From NCBI GenBank assembly GCA_009780415.1, contig WRAC01000005.1, positions 14,835 to 78,834 on the forward strand: a DNA stretch of 64,000 bases, read 5' to 3'. Made by a program: the position numbers and the translations under genes. A model generated the notes under the pieces. The model was given only the letters and a program-made list of their open reading frames with translations. It searched no databases and was not told the origin of the DNA. Of this stretch, positions 1 to 9,559 are shown in pieces. The DNA comes from Defluviitaleaceae bacterium (lineage in GTDB: Bacteria; Bacillota; Clostridia; Lachnospirales; WRAX01). Each line of letters begins with the position of its first letter. Within the stretch, counting starts at the first letter, position 1.

Positions 1-362
1 GGCGCGTCATTGCCGTTCTCCTTTATTTCCTCCGAAGAATGCATAAGCTGCACACAGACGGCGTATTCGCCGATATAAGCGGCTTTGCGCTGCTCCGCCA
101 CACGCGCGCGCTTCATGTCCTCATCGGTGTACGAAGCGTAAAGCCCGTCTCTGGGCGAGCCAGCGCCGTTCGACACCACAACGCCCGTGTACCAGAGTTC
201 AGTATGCCCGAAGCATTTCAAAATCCCGTCATAGGACATAAATTCCAAATCGTCCTGATGCGCTCCTATACCCATGTGGGTAGTGCGCGCAAAAGCCTGC
301 TCCGTGCCGGTTCCGTCAGGGATGAAGATGTCGCGGTCCGATTTGCTGAAGGATATGTTCAT
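1..362 (-). CDS. PIG-L/LmbE family deacetylase, N-terminal part (runs off the window start)
   Basis: Not in the ORF track. Hand translation of the minus strand from ATG 362 gives MNISFSKSDRDIFIPDG...THMGIGAHQDDLEFM...VVVSNGAGSPR...EQRKAA, with an AHxDDxE metal motif. GGAGG RBS lies upstream. Confidence 0.8.
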   Translation of the reverse strand, partial: MNISFSKSDRDIFIPDGTGTEQAFARTTHMGIGAHQDDLEFMSYDGILKCFGHTELWYTGVVVSNGAGSPRDGLYASYTDEDMKRARVAEQRKAAYIGEYAVCVQLMHSSEEIKENGNDA

Positions 363-414
363 TGCGGTTCATGCCTCCGAATGTCTTTTTCAAGTGCCAA
401 GCGTATAATAAACA

Positions 415-1794
415 TCAGACCATACTCGCCGCGGCTACGCTCTGACCTACGCGGCGGTTACGCTCATCGGGGAGACGCAGCGTTATTTTTTCGCTTAGCG
501 CGCAATACTCATCCCTCAATACCATCTCCGCGTTTTCAAGGATTAATGCGCCGCCCCCGCCGGACATGACGCGTCCGAGCAGCAGCAGGTGCTTAATATC
601 GTAAAAACGGCTGTAGTACGCCAATGTATAGCCTAAGTATATCCCTATGGAAATAAATATATCGCGGGCGCGGGTATCCCCATCCTTCATTAAATCCTGC
701 ACAGCCTTCAATTTTTCGGCGGGCGAAAGGCTTTCGTCAAGCTCTATGCCCGCGGCAGGCGCAAGCTTTATAACCGCATCCTGAGAGAAGTACTTCACCC
801 CGCGCCCTGTATCGCGTGACCACTCGTCATAACAGGCCTCCGGGGAGGCGTCGATGGGGACGAACGCAAGCTCGTTCAGCCAGCCCGTAATGCCGCCGCT
901 TTCGTTTATATACCCGCCGGCCTCGCTGGTTCCCATTGCGATACCCAAAACGCGGCCTTCGCCGTATTCCATCGCCCCCGCCAATGCGGTGACATCACCG
1001 TCGTTTGCCACAACCAGCGGCACATTGCCTATTTCAGCCGCCGCCCGGGGATAGATATCCTTTACATGTTCGTCAAATTTATGCTTGGGAACCTTTAAAA
1101 ACAGGGACGCCGCCATTGTACGGTTATCAATATAAATACCCGCCGAGCTTACGCCGATTGAATCGACGCGCGGCATTTTTGACGCCGCCAGTTTCATCGC
1201 GCCCACAATATGCCCGAAATGGTAGCCGGGGTCTTTGTTCAGCTTGGGATGCCATACGATTTCCTCAGAAAATACCGGAACACCGTCTACTACGGCGGAT
1301 ACCTTTATGTCGCTTCCCCCGGCGTCAAAGCCCAGACGGCAGCCGTCCAGCCCGCCTCCGATTTTCCCGCCGCCGGAATCCTTTCCTTCCGGCAAATCCT
1401 CAAACGCAACGGGCATTACCTTAAATTCCGATTCAAACACATTTGCCATAAAAACAAAGTCAAACGCCATCTTACCGCTTCCAAGGCTTTCAATATACCC
1501 GGCAAGGGCGCCGCTCCCAGCGACGTAAACCTTACACCCGCCGTAAATCCACAGCATCCCGGTTAAAACCCGCCATGCCATATACTTGTCCAAATCCGTT
1601 AAGTTTTCGGCATTTTCCACGTTATATGCAATACGGTTTACACCGTTGGCGCGTTCTACGGCAACAACAACCCCATCGCCGTTTTCAGCCTTTTCCGCAT
1701 AGGCCGATAAAAGTTTGTCCAACGGCAAAAAACCCGCGTCCAAAGGCGGATGATGTTTAAAAGAAACGTCCAGTCCCATAAATGACCTGTTCAT
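415..1794 (-). CDS. ROK family sugar kinase with N-terminal extension
   Basis: LGFDAGGSDIK, ANDGDVTALAG and GIAMGTSEAGG motifs. Start moved to MNRSF (1794); the ORF is open to 1848. Confidence 0.75.
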   Translation of the reverse strand: MNRSFMGLDVSFKHHPPLDAGFLPLDKLLSAYAEKAENGDGVVVAVERANGVNRIAYNVENAENLTDLDKYMAWRVLTGMLWIYGGCKVYVAGSGALAGYIESLGSGKMAFDFVFMANVFESEFKVMPVAFEDLPEGKDSGGGKIGGGLDGCRLGFDAGGSDIKVSAVVDGVPVFSEEIVWHPKLNKDPGYHFGHIVGAMKLAASKMPRVDSIGVSSAGIYIDNRTMAASLFLKVPKHKFDEHVKDIYPRAAAEIGNVPLVVANDGDVTALAGAMEYGEGRVLGIAMGTSEAGGYINESGGITGWLNELAFVPIDASPEACYDEWSRDTGRGVKYFSQDAVIKLAPAAGIELDESLSPAEKLKAVQDLMKDGDTRARDIFISIGIYLGYTLAYYSRFYDIKHLLLLGRVMSGGGGALILENAEMVLRDEYCALSEKITLRLPDERNRRVGQSVAAASMV

Positions 1795-1864
1795 TAGAGC
1801 AAAACCCCCGGTAAATTCAATCATCCATATTTTAGCAAACCCGGACATTTAACGCAAGCACTGC

Positions 1865-2371
1865 TTAACTTCTTTTTTGCGGCGGGAACGCTTTAAGGAT
1901 TGCAATAAGCGCCAGCCTGGCGCAAAGTCCCGTAACAACGCCGGCTGCGGCCCCCGATACAATTAGAATTGGCAAATAATATAATATACCCGCGTTTTCA
2001 ACAACCAGGGCCGCCGCTAAAAGCTGGCCTATATTGTGGAACACCCCCCCGGCTATGCTTACGCCAATAACCGTCGGGAAGCGCGTTTGCTTCAACCCGA
2101 TCATTACGGCGCAGGACAAAAACCCGCCCGCCGCGCTGTAGATAATACCCGACACGCCGCTGTACATAGCCCCCGTAAGAAGGACGCGCACCGCGGTGAC
2201 GCCGAACGCGCAGCCGCCTCCGAACAAATGCATTGTTATAAGCGTAACGGTATTGGAAAGCCCAAGTTTTACGCCCGGAACCGCCGCGTCCAGAGGTATC
2301 AGCCGCTCCAGCCAGGCGAGGCAGACCGCCAAAGCGGTTAAAATGCCTATATACGCCGTTTTTTTAGCCAT
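1865..2371 (-). CDS. Gx transporter family / heptaprenyl diphosphate synthase component I-like membrane protein
   Basis: LERLIP..PGVKLGLSN and GGVFHNIGQL motifs; multi-TM protein. Confidence 0.85.
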   Translation of the reverse strand: MAKKTAYIGILTALAVCLAWLERLIPLDAAVPGVKLGLSNTVTLITMHLFGGGCAFGVTAVRVLLTGAMYSGVSGIIYSAAGGFLSCAVMIGLKQTRFPTVIGVSIAGGVFHNIGQLLAAALVVENAGILYYLPILIVSGAAAGVVTGLCARLALIAILKAFPPQKRS

Positions 2372-2374
2372 ATG

Positions 2375-2767
2375 CTACCTCGTGACCGCGTCAATATGGG
2401 GGTCGCGGTTTTCGCCGGCAACTTCCACAACTACCCTATTCGGCAGGCAGACAATAAACTGCCCGGCCCGCGATATGCTTCCCTGTCTGACGCAGGAGCC
2501 GCCGGGGCAGCCCGCGTATGCCATGCGCACCGTTCCGCCGCGGATTTCCAGTATGTTTACACCGCTGTAAGCGGGAATGATGCTGTATTCCGGGACGTCC
2601 TCCGACAGCGGCAGCTCAGCCGCGACGCTTCCGTTCACGCTGATACGGGCGTAGCCCCCTTGGGGGGCATTGCGCCCCGTTATAAAGAATATCGCCGAAA
2701 GGGCAACAGCCGCTCCCAGCGATATCAGCAGTATCAGCACATCATATTTGTTAAAGAGCCTTTTCAT
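2375..2767 (-). CDS. NusG domain II-like (DUF1312/Lin0431 family) membrane-anchored protein
   Basis: N-terminal TM, CPxxxCVxxG and IVCLPNRVVV motifs; adjacent to the Gx transporter gene. Confidence 0.85.
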   Translation of the reverse strand: MKRLFNKYDVLILLISLGAAVALSAIFFITGRNAPQGGYARISVNGSVAAELPLSEDVPEYSIIPAYSGVNILEIRGGTVRMAYAGCPGGSCVRQGSISRAGQFIVCLPNRVVVEVAGENRDPHIDAVTR

Positions 2768-4212
2768 TTTCCTATTATCTTGTTATACAGCTTGATATAC
2801 TTACGCGCCGAGCTTTCCCAGGAATAATCGCAGGACATTGCGTTCCTTACCGCGGCGGCCATCATGTCCTTATTTCCGTAAACGTCCAGCGCGTCGCTGA
2901 TGGCCCACATAAGGCCGCTGGCAAGGTAGTCCTCAAAGCTGAACCCGTTGCCGGACATTGTTTTCTTGTCGAAATGCTGCACCGTGTCGGCCAGGCCGCC
3001 GGTGCGGCGGACGATGGGAAGCGCGCCGTATCGCATGGCGGTAAGCTGGCCCAGCCCGCATGGCTCAAACAGTGACGGCATGAGGAAGAAATCCGACGAA
3101 GCGTATATTTTCTGCGCCAACGTGTCGTTGAACCCCAGGTAAATATTGCATTTTTCGGGGTATTTCCAGCGGAAATAATTGAGCATATGCTCATAACGCC
3201 CGTCGCCCTGACCCAGCATGATAAGCTGTACGTCGCGGTTCAGCAGCTCGTCCATAATAATGGATAATATGTCGAAGCCCTTTTGATCCGTAAGGCGTGA
3301 AATTATGCCGAGTACGGGCACATCGGGGCGTTGCGGCATTTGAAGCTCCTTTTGCAGGCCCGCCTTGTTCGTGGCTTTGCCCGCTACGGCGTTTTGGATG
3401 GTATAATTCTCAAAAATATGCCTGTCCGTTTCGGGATTATTCCTGTCATAATCAATGCCGTTTAAAATCCCGTACAGATCGGCGGAGCGTGACCGTATGA
3501 CACCGTCCATGCTGAATCCGTACGACGGCGTCGTTATCTCCTGCGCGTAGGTCTCGCTTACCGTCGAAACCGCTGAGCTGTGCGCGATGCCCGCTTTTAA
3601 CAGGCTTATATTATTATAGAACTCAAGCCCTGAAACGGAGAAATAGCCGTCGTTTAGATCCAGGTCGGACAGCACGCCGCGCCCGAAGACCCCCTGATAT
3701 TGCAGGTTATGTATGGTAAACAGGCTTTTGGTTTCCTCATAAAAGACATATTTGGACAGCTTGTCACGTAAATAAACCGGAGCCAGCCCCGTCTGCCAAT
3801 CATTTGTGTGGATTATATCCGGCTTAAAATCAACAGCCCCGGCCATTTCAACGGCGGCCTTGGAGAAAAACCCGAACCGCTCGTGATCGTCGCCGTAGCC
3901 GTAATACCCGTCCCTGTCAAAGAAATAATCGTTCCCGATAAAATAGGTTATAACCCCGTCCCACTCCAGCTGATAAACCGAAGCGTGCTGTTTGCGCCAG
4001 CCCATGCTTGTTTCAAAGCTTTTTCTGTAAACAAGCCCGTCCAGCAGACGCGCCGGGATTTTTCCGTATTTCGGCGTAACCACGCGGCAGTCTACGCCTT
4101 GCTTGACAAGCTCTTTCGGCAATGCCGCCGCAACCTCGCCCAGCCCGCCGCTTTTGGAAAAGGGTGTTACTTCTGAGGAAATGAATAGTATTTTAAGTTT
4201 ATCTTCTGTCAT
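2764..4212 (-). CDS. glgA: Glycogen synthase
   Basis: KSGGLG, HTNDWQTG, TIHNLQYQG and PSLFEPCGLGQ motifs; AGGAGA RBS before ATG 4212. Confidence 0.95.
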   Translation of the reverse strand: MTEDKLKILFISSEVTPFSKSGGLGEVAAALPKELVKQGVDCRVVTPKYGKIPARLLDGLVYRKSFETSMGWRKQHASVYQLEWDGVITYFIGNDYFFDRDGYYGYGDDHERFGFFSKAAVEMAGAVDFKPDIIHTNDWQTGLAPVYLRDKLSKYVFYEETKSLFTIHNLQYQGVFGRGVLSDLDLNDGYFSVSGLEFYNNISLLKAGIAHSSAVSTVSETYAQEITTPSYGFSMDGVIRSRSADLYGILNGIDYDRNNPETDRHIFENYTIQNAVAGKATNKAGLQKELQMPQRPDVPVLGIISRLTDQKGFDILSIIMDELLNRDVQLIMLGQGDGRYEHMLNYFRWKYPEKCNIYLGFNDTLAQKIYASSDFFLMPSLFEPCGLGQLTAMRYGALPIVRRTGGLADTVQHFDKKTMSGNGFSFEDYLASGLMWAISDALDVYGNKDMMAAAVRNAMSCDYSWESSARKYIKLYNKIIGK

Positions 4213-4235
4213 AGCGTCTCCTGTAAAGTTTGTTT

Positions 4236-4260
4236 GGGCAGACATGAAGTCTGCCCCTAC
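4236..4260 (-). repeat. GTAG-type REP hairpin (GTAG-GGGCAGAC-TTCAT-GTCTGCCC)
   Basis: GTAG tetranucleotide followed by a GC-rich palindrome; its TAG is the recR stop codon. Confidence 0.75.
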
Positions 4261-4856
4261 AGCTCTCTCCGCCCATCCAGCGCCCGCGCCAGCGTCGCTT
4301 CGTCTACATACTCAAGGTCGCCGCCTACGGGTACGCCGTGCGCTATACGCGTGACTTTGATTTCAAGGGGTTTGATCAGGCGGCTTAGGTACATTGCCGT
4401 CGCTTCCCCTTCGATGGTTGGGTTTGTGGCTATTACAACCTCGTGGAGCTCCTCGCCGCCGAGACGGGTCAGAAGCTCCTTAATTTTAATTTCAGCCGGG
4501 CTGATGCCGTGCAGCGGTGATATGGCCCCGTGCAGGATATGGTAAAGCCCCTTGAACTCGCGGGTTTTCTCATATGCCGCCATCGCCCTGGGGTCCTCCA
4601 CCACCATAATCATGCCCCTGTCGCGGGCCTCGTCCTCGCAGATATGGCAGGGGTCGGCATCCGCCAGATTTTGGCATACCTGACAGTATTTAACCGTTTT
4701 CCTGGCCTCCGTTATGGTGTTTGCCAAATCAAAGGCCTTTTCCCGGGGCAGGTTCAGGATATGGAACGCGATACGCTGCGCCGATTTCGGCCCTATGCCC
4801 GGAAGCCGGGACAGCTCCTCAATCAGGCGGGCGACAACTTCGCCGTAATAATTCAT
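4257..4856 (-). CDS. recR: Recombination mediator RecR
   Basis: [11 protein letters not shown] HhH, C4 zinc finger, Toprim [11 protein letters not shown]. Confidence 0.98.
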   Translation of the reverse strand: MNYYGEVVARLIEELSRLPGIGPKSAQRIAFHILNLPREKAFDLANTITEARKTVKYCQVCQNLADADPCHICEDEARDRGMIMVVEDPRAMAAYEKTREFKGLYHILHGAISPLHGISPAEIKIKELLTRLGGEELHEVVIATNPTIEGEATAMYLSRLIKPLEIKVTRIAHGVPVGGDLEYVDEATLARALDGRREL

Positions 4857-4859
4857 ATT

Positions 4860-5204
4860 TTAAAACGGCAGGTTAAGGCCGCCGGTTATCTTGCCCATTT
4901 CGTTTTGCGACAGCTCATCGGCGGCGCGGATGGCCTCGTTTACAGCCGTAAGCACCAGATCCTGGAGCATTTCGATATCGTCCGGGTCAACGACGTCCGG
5001 GCTTATGACAATCTCCTGCAGCTCTTTCTTGCCGCTGATAACGATCTTAACCGCGCCGCCGCCGCTTGTGACCTCAAGGGTGCGCTGTTCAAGGGCTTCC
5101 TGCGCGGCCTCCATCTGCTGCTGCATTTTTTGCGCCTGCTTCATTAACTGGTTCATATTGCCCATGCCGCCGGGCATACCGCCAAAAGGTTTCTTGTTCG
5201 CCAT
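4860..5204 (-). CDS. YbaB/EbfC nucleoid-associated protein
   Basis: [14 protein letters not shown] and [10 protein letters not shown] motifs; dnaX-ybaB-recR synteny. Confidence 0.95.
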   Translation of the reverse strand: MANKKPFGGMPGGMGNMNQLMKQAQKMQQQMEAAQEALEQRTLEVTSGGGAVKIVISGKKELQEIVISPDVVDPDDIEMLQDLVLTAVNEAIRAADELSQNEMGKITGGLNLPF

Positions 5205-5229
5205 TATTAATCCTCCACTATCTGTATTG

Positions 5230-6654
5230 TCAATTTTTACGTATTATAAACTCCACTTCGGCGTTAAAGCCGTATTTTTCCTTTATCCTTGCCTTTAAGC
5301 TTTCCCTCTTGGTTTTAAGTATATCGTAAATGCCGGGGTTTTGGCAAATAACATGGATCATACCGTTTCCGGCGTACTCCGCCGATGTGGAGAGCAGTAA
5401 GCTCCGCTCCGCCGCGCCGAACCCCGCTATAATGCCGCCCCATTCGTCCCGGATGCGGGAAAGGGGGTTATCCGGCGGTTCTGTTTCTTGCGGTTTGTTT
5501 TCTTGCTTTTTCTCTTGCTTTATTTCTTGCTTTTCTATTATTTTAAGCTCTTCCTTTTTCTCTGTTTTCTCAGCCGTTAAGCCAATGCACTCCGCTTCCA
5601 GCAGAATCCTCGGATTCCCGGCGTAACGCATTTTCGGCACAAGTTCACTGAAAACACTTATAAAACGCGTCAATACCCCCGCCGTAATCCCGGCGGCGGC
5701 TTCTCGCAGACGGTTTACCTTTTCAACGGATAAATCGAGTATATGCGCCGCGCTGTCCCCGGCGGCAAGGGCGATAAGCGTATCGCGCAAATGGCTGAGG
5801 AATTCCGCCGTAACCTGATGCACATCCTTGCCGTTTTTTACCAGATTACTGATAATCTCCAGGCAGGATGCCGTATTTCCCGCGGATATACCGGAAAGCA
5901 GCCGGGAAAGGGCTTCCGTGCCGACTGAACCCGTAACTTCCATAATTTTCTCAAGGGTTATGCGCTCGTTCATATAAAAAGCCGCGCACTGGTCTAAAAC
6001 CGAAAGGATATCGCGCATGGAGCCGTCCGCTATACGCGCGGCGTACCTTACGGCGTCGCCGTCGCAGACGATGCCCTCCGCCTCAAGATATCCCTCAACG
6101 GTCACAGCCATTGTTTCAAGGGACAGGCGCTTAAAATCAAACCGCTGACAGCGCGAATGGATGGTGGGCGGGATTTTTTGCGGGTCTGTGGTGGCAAGGA
6201 TGAAAATAACGCCCTCTGGCGGCTCCTCAAGGGTTTTTAACAGCGCGTTGAATGCGCTTGTGGAGAGCATATGCGCCTCGTCAATAATATAAACCTTGTA
6301 ACGCCCCTCGGCGGGCGGGTACTTCACTTCCTCGCGTATGTCGCGTATGTTGTCCACGCCGTTGTTTGATGCCGCGTCTATTTCGATAACGTTAAACCCG
6401 GTACCCCTGGAGATTGCTTCGCATGGGGCGCATGTTCCGCAGGGTTCGCCGTTTTTCTTTGCGCCACAATTTATCGCCTTGGCAAAAACAAGGGCGGTTG
6501 TGGTCTTGCCCGTGCCTCTGGTGCCGCAGAACAGATACGCGTGGGAAACCTTGCCCATCGTTACCTGGTTGCGCAAAGTCCGTACTATATGCTCCTGGCC
6601 CACTATGTCGGCGAAAAGCCGGGGCCTTAATCTCCTGTACAGCGCGGAATACAA
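5230..6654 (-). CDS. dnaX: DNA polymerase III subunit gamma/tau
   Basis: [28 protein letters not shown] and SRC motifs; TTG start. Confidence 0.97.
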   Translation of the reverse strand: MYSALYRRLRPRLFADIVGQEHIVRTLRNQVTMGKVSHAYLFCGTRGTGKTTTALVFAKAINCGAKKNGEPCGTCAPCEAISRGTGFNVIEIDAASNNGVDNIRDIREEVKYPPAEGRYKVYIIDEAHMLSTSAFNALLKTLEEPPEGVIFILATTDPQKIPPTIHSRCQRFDFKRLSLETMAVTVEGYLEAEGIVCDGDAVRYAARIADGSMRDILSVLDQCAAFYMNERITLEKIMEVTGSVGTEALSRLLSGISAGNTASCLEIISNLVKNGKDVHQVTAEFLSHLRDTLIALAAGDSAAHILDLSVEKVNRLREAAAGITAGVLTRFISVFSELVPKMRYAGNPRILLEAECIGLTAEKTEKKEELKIIEKQEIKQEKKQENKPQETEPPDNPLSRIRDEWGGIIAGFGAAERSLLLSTSAEYAGNGMIHVICQNPGIYDILKTKRESLKARIKEKYGFNAEVEFIIRKN

Positions 6655-6740
6655 ACGGCTTCATTCCCTATGGTTTAATCGGACAAAACTTCCAATTGCT
6701 ATTATACTAAATTTTTTGAAAAAATGCCATAAAAATTTAA

Positions 6741-6769
6741 TTGTATTTTTTAAATTGCTGATATATAAT
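6741..6769 (+). promoter_or_regulatory. sigma-A-type promoter TTGTAT-N17-TATAAT
   Basis: Near-consensus hexamers with 17-nt spacing upstream of 6840. Confidence 0.55.
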
Positions 6770-6839
6770 TAGTTTCAAACATATTCCCGCCGCGCGCGTA
6801 TATTACGAGTACAATTTATTAACCGGAGGGGTTAGGTTT

Positions 6840-7598
6840 ATGATGAAAAGAATTTTTGCGTTAGTTATGGCGTTTGCTTGTTCCGCATTTGCTTTGAGCG
6901 GTTGCTTCACGCTTGGGGATGTGACGGTCGGATACACCGGAACCGCGCTGAGAGGGAACGGGAATTCAGTTACTGTTGTAAACGTTATTTACGAACCGAT
7001 ACGCAGAATTGAAGCAGCCAATGTATCCGTTACATTAAATATTTCCGCCGAAAGCAGCACTTCGGTAATCCACACGGCTGACAGCAACCTGGACGAACAT
7101 TTATCCGTAAGTCTGAAAGACGGCGTGCTGACGATAGACTCCAATAACCGCCGGTATCTGGGAATGGACAACAGTATAATCTTTACCATAGGTACGGATG
7201 TTCTTGAGGGGCTGAAAATATCCGGGGATGCCGTAATCAACGGGGACGGGACGTTTACCGCCGATACGTTTAGCTTAAACATAAGCGGCGTTGCGAACGG
7301 GCAGCTTGACCTTGACGCCAGCACGGTTGAGATGACCGTTAGCGGCGCGGGCGCGTTCACGCTTACGGGCGGAACGGATAAACTGGATATAAGGAGCAGC
7401 GGCGCGTCCAGCATTAATACGCGCGGCCTGCTTGCAAGGGATGCGAAGGTGAACCTCAGCGGAGCGGGCTCCGTCAGCGTTTACGCTTCGGAAAACTTGG
7501 ATATGGGCATTACCGGGGTAGGTTCTATAACTTACTTTGGCAGCCCGGATGTGTCGCAAAGGATAACAGGGATAGGTTCCATAAGAAAAGGTGACTAA
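6840..7598 (+). CDS. DUF2807/GIN-domain (beta-helix adhesin-like) lipoprotein
   Basis: Signal peptide with lipobox LSGC; repeated [I/L]SGxxx beta-helix units; ends ITGIGSIRK. Confidence 0.75.
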   Translation: MMKRIFALVMAFACSAFALSGCFTLGDVTVGYTGTALRGNGNSVTVVNVIYEPIRRIEAANVSVTLNISAESSTSVIHTADSNLDEHLSVSLKDGVLTIDSNNRRYLGMDNSIIFTIGTDVLEGLKISGDAVINGDGTFTADTFSLNISGVANGQLDLDASTVEMTVSGAGAFTLTGGTDKLDIRSSGASSINTRGLLARDAKVNLSGAGSVSVYASENLDMGITGVGSITYFGSPDVSQRITGIGSIRKGD

Positions 7599-7623
7599 AG
7601 CTTGTATAGGATAGTGATGCTCC

Positions 7624-8658
7624 GTGTTCGGATGTGATATAGGCATTGATCTGGGCACGGCGAGCGTTCTGGTCTATGTGCGCGGGCGGGGGATAGTGCT
7701 GCAGGAGCCTTCGGTGGTCGCGGTCATCAACTCAACCGGCGAAGTGCTTGAGGTAGGGGCGGCGGCCCAGCGGATGCTGGGCAGGACGCCGGGAAGCATA
7801 TCCGCCATACGCCCGTTAAAGGAAGGCGTAATATCAAATTTCGATATAACGGAAAAATTGCTGCAATATTTCATCCGCAAGGTTGTAGGCAAGGGCATAT
7901 TCTCACGCAAGCCGCGCATAGCCATCTGCGTGCCATGCAGGGTGACTGAGGTTGAGCGCAGGGCGGTTGAGGACGCCGCAAGGGAAGCGGGCGCCAGGCA
8001 GGTTTACGTCATAGAGGAACCCATAGCCGCCGCAATCGGCGCGGGTATAGACATAACCGCCGCGCGGGGCAGTATGGTTGTGGATGTGGGCGGCGGCACA
8101 ACGGATGCCGCGGTTATCGCCCTTGGCGGTTTTGTGACGTCGGTCAGCATAAAAACGGGCGGCGACCACATGGACGACGCTATCATAAATTATGTGCGCA
8201 AAAAGTATAACCTCCTTATAGGGGAGCGCACGGCTGAATCGGTAAAAATAAGCATAGGCACGGCTTATCCCGCGCTTATAAAGGAATCTATAGAGATACG
8301 CGGCAGGAGCCTTAGCTCCGGGCTGCCGGAAAACCGTATTATTACGTCGGACGAGATTGCCGGGGCGTTGTCCGAGCCCATATCGGCGATAATGAGGGCT
8401 GTGCGCAATGTGCTGGAAACGACGCCGCCGGAGCTTGTGGCGGATATAGCCGACAGGGGTATCGTCCTGACCGGCGGCGGGTGCCTGCTGCACGGGCTTG
8501 ATGTGCTGATGGCCGAGCAAATGGGCATTGACGTGGTTGTGGCGGACGATGCCGTAACCTGCGTGGCTTCGGGCACGGGCAAGTATGTGGAGCATATAGC
8601 GAGATATAACGCAAATGATTTCCTTGCCGGCAAAACGGGAAGGGAACTGGAGTTTTAA
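7624..8658 (+). CDS. mbl: MreB-like rod shape protein (Mbl)
   Basis: IGIDLGTA, EEPIAAAIGAG and DVGGGTTD motifs; lies upstream of the flagellar rod genes as in Bacillota mbl-flhO-flhP. Confidence 0.85.
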   Translation: MFGCDIGIDLGTASVLVYVRGRGIVLQEPSVVAVINSTGEVLEVGAAAQRMLGRTPGSISAIRPLKEGVISNFDITEKLLQYFIRKVVGKGIFSRKPRIAICVPCRVTEVERRAVEDAAREAGARQVYVIEEPIAAAIGAGIDITAARGSMVVDVGGGTTDAAVIALGGFVTSVSIKTGGDHMDDAIINYVRKKYNLLIGERTAESVKISIGTAYPALIKESIEIRGRSLSSGLPENRIITSDEIAGALSEPISAIMRAVRNVLETTPPELVADIADRGIVLTGGGCLLHGLDVLMAEQMGIDVVVADDAVTCVASGTGKYVEHIARYNANDFLAGKTGRELEF

Positions 8659-8679
8659 GGTTGAAAAGGAGGCCGAAAC

Positions 8680-9474
8680 ATGCTAAGAGGCTTATATATA
8701 TCAGGTATCGGAATGCAGGCGCAAATGAACAGGATGGACGTTTTATCCAACAACCTTGCCAATGCGGATACCACGGCATTTAAAAGGGACGCGACGGCCT
8801 CGCGCGCTTTTACGGATGAGCTGATGCAGCGCATCCACGGCGAACAGTCCAATCCCGTCGGTATGCAAAGGCACGGGCGTCATATCGGGCAGTTCAGCAG
8901 CGGCGTTTTTGTTGATGAGGTATATACGGACTTTACGCAGGGAAGGCTGCGGAACGTGCATGACCCCTACACCGCGGCGATTGAGGGCCCCGGTTTCTTC
9001 GCGGTCAGCGTGGCGCTTCCCACCGGTGAGGTTGCGACGCGTTATACAAGGGACGGCAATTTTACGCTGAACCCCAACGGTATGCTTGTGACCAAGGACG
9101 GCGGCATGGTGCTTGACCAGAACGATATGCCCGTCTACATATCAATCGCGGACGGAGATACGGCAATCGGCCTGAGGGGTGAGGTTTTATCCGGCGGCAA
9201 CTATATCACCACCCTCCAGCTTGTGGATTTTGAGGATTACACGACCCTGCGCAAGGTTGGCAATAATTACTACGATATCACGGAGCAGACGCAGCAGGTT
9301 GTTTTCACAGGTGCCGTCATTCACATGCATGTTGAGGATTCCAACATAAACGCCGTGCGTGAGATGATTGAGATCATTAACGTATCGCGGATTTATGAGG
9401 CTAACGCCCGTTTTGTGCAGGTAATGGACACGACGCTGGGCAAGGCCGTGAATGATATAGCGCGGAAGGGATAA
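8680..9474 (+). CDS. Flagellar basal-body rod protein (FlgF/FlhO type)
   Basis: SNNLANADT, YTRDGNF and EDSNIN..EM motifs. Confidence 0.9.
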   Translation: MLRGLYISGIGMQAQMNRMDVLSNNLANADTTAFKRDATASRAFTDELMQRIHGEQSNPVGMQRHGRHIGQFSSGVFVDEVYTDFTQGRLRNVHDPYTAAIEGPGFFAVSVALPTGEVATRYTRDGNFTLNPNGMLVTKDGGMVLDQNDMPVYISIADGDTAIGLRGEVLSGGNYITTLQLVDFEDYTTLRKVGNNYYDITEQTQQVVFTGAVIHMHVEDSNINAVREMIEIINVSRIYEANARFVQVMDTTLGKAVNDIARKG

Positions 9475-9559
9475 TGAAAAAATTCCTTGTTGAAAAAATT
9501 TTGCAATTGTGTTAGTATATTATGAACGGCAATAGGATGCAGGACAGGGGGCATATATT

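Noticed and set aside
39-569. Plus-strand ORF 39-569 and other long antisense ORFs (e.g. 49018-49926, 56512-57564, 63342-63989)
   Set aside because: Shadow frames of well-supported genes on the opposite strand.
5480-5570. Possible dnaX -1 frameshift (G-AAA-AAG twice, with a -1 stop three codons after the first) in a KQE-repeat linker
   Set aside because: Not the canonical A-AAA-AAG heptamer, and no clear stimulatory hairpin; explained by Lys/Glu-rich low complexity.
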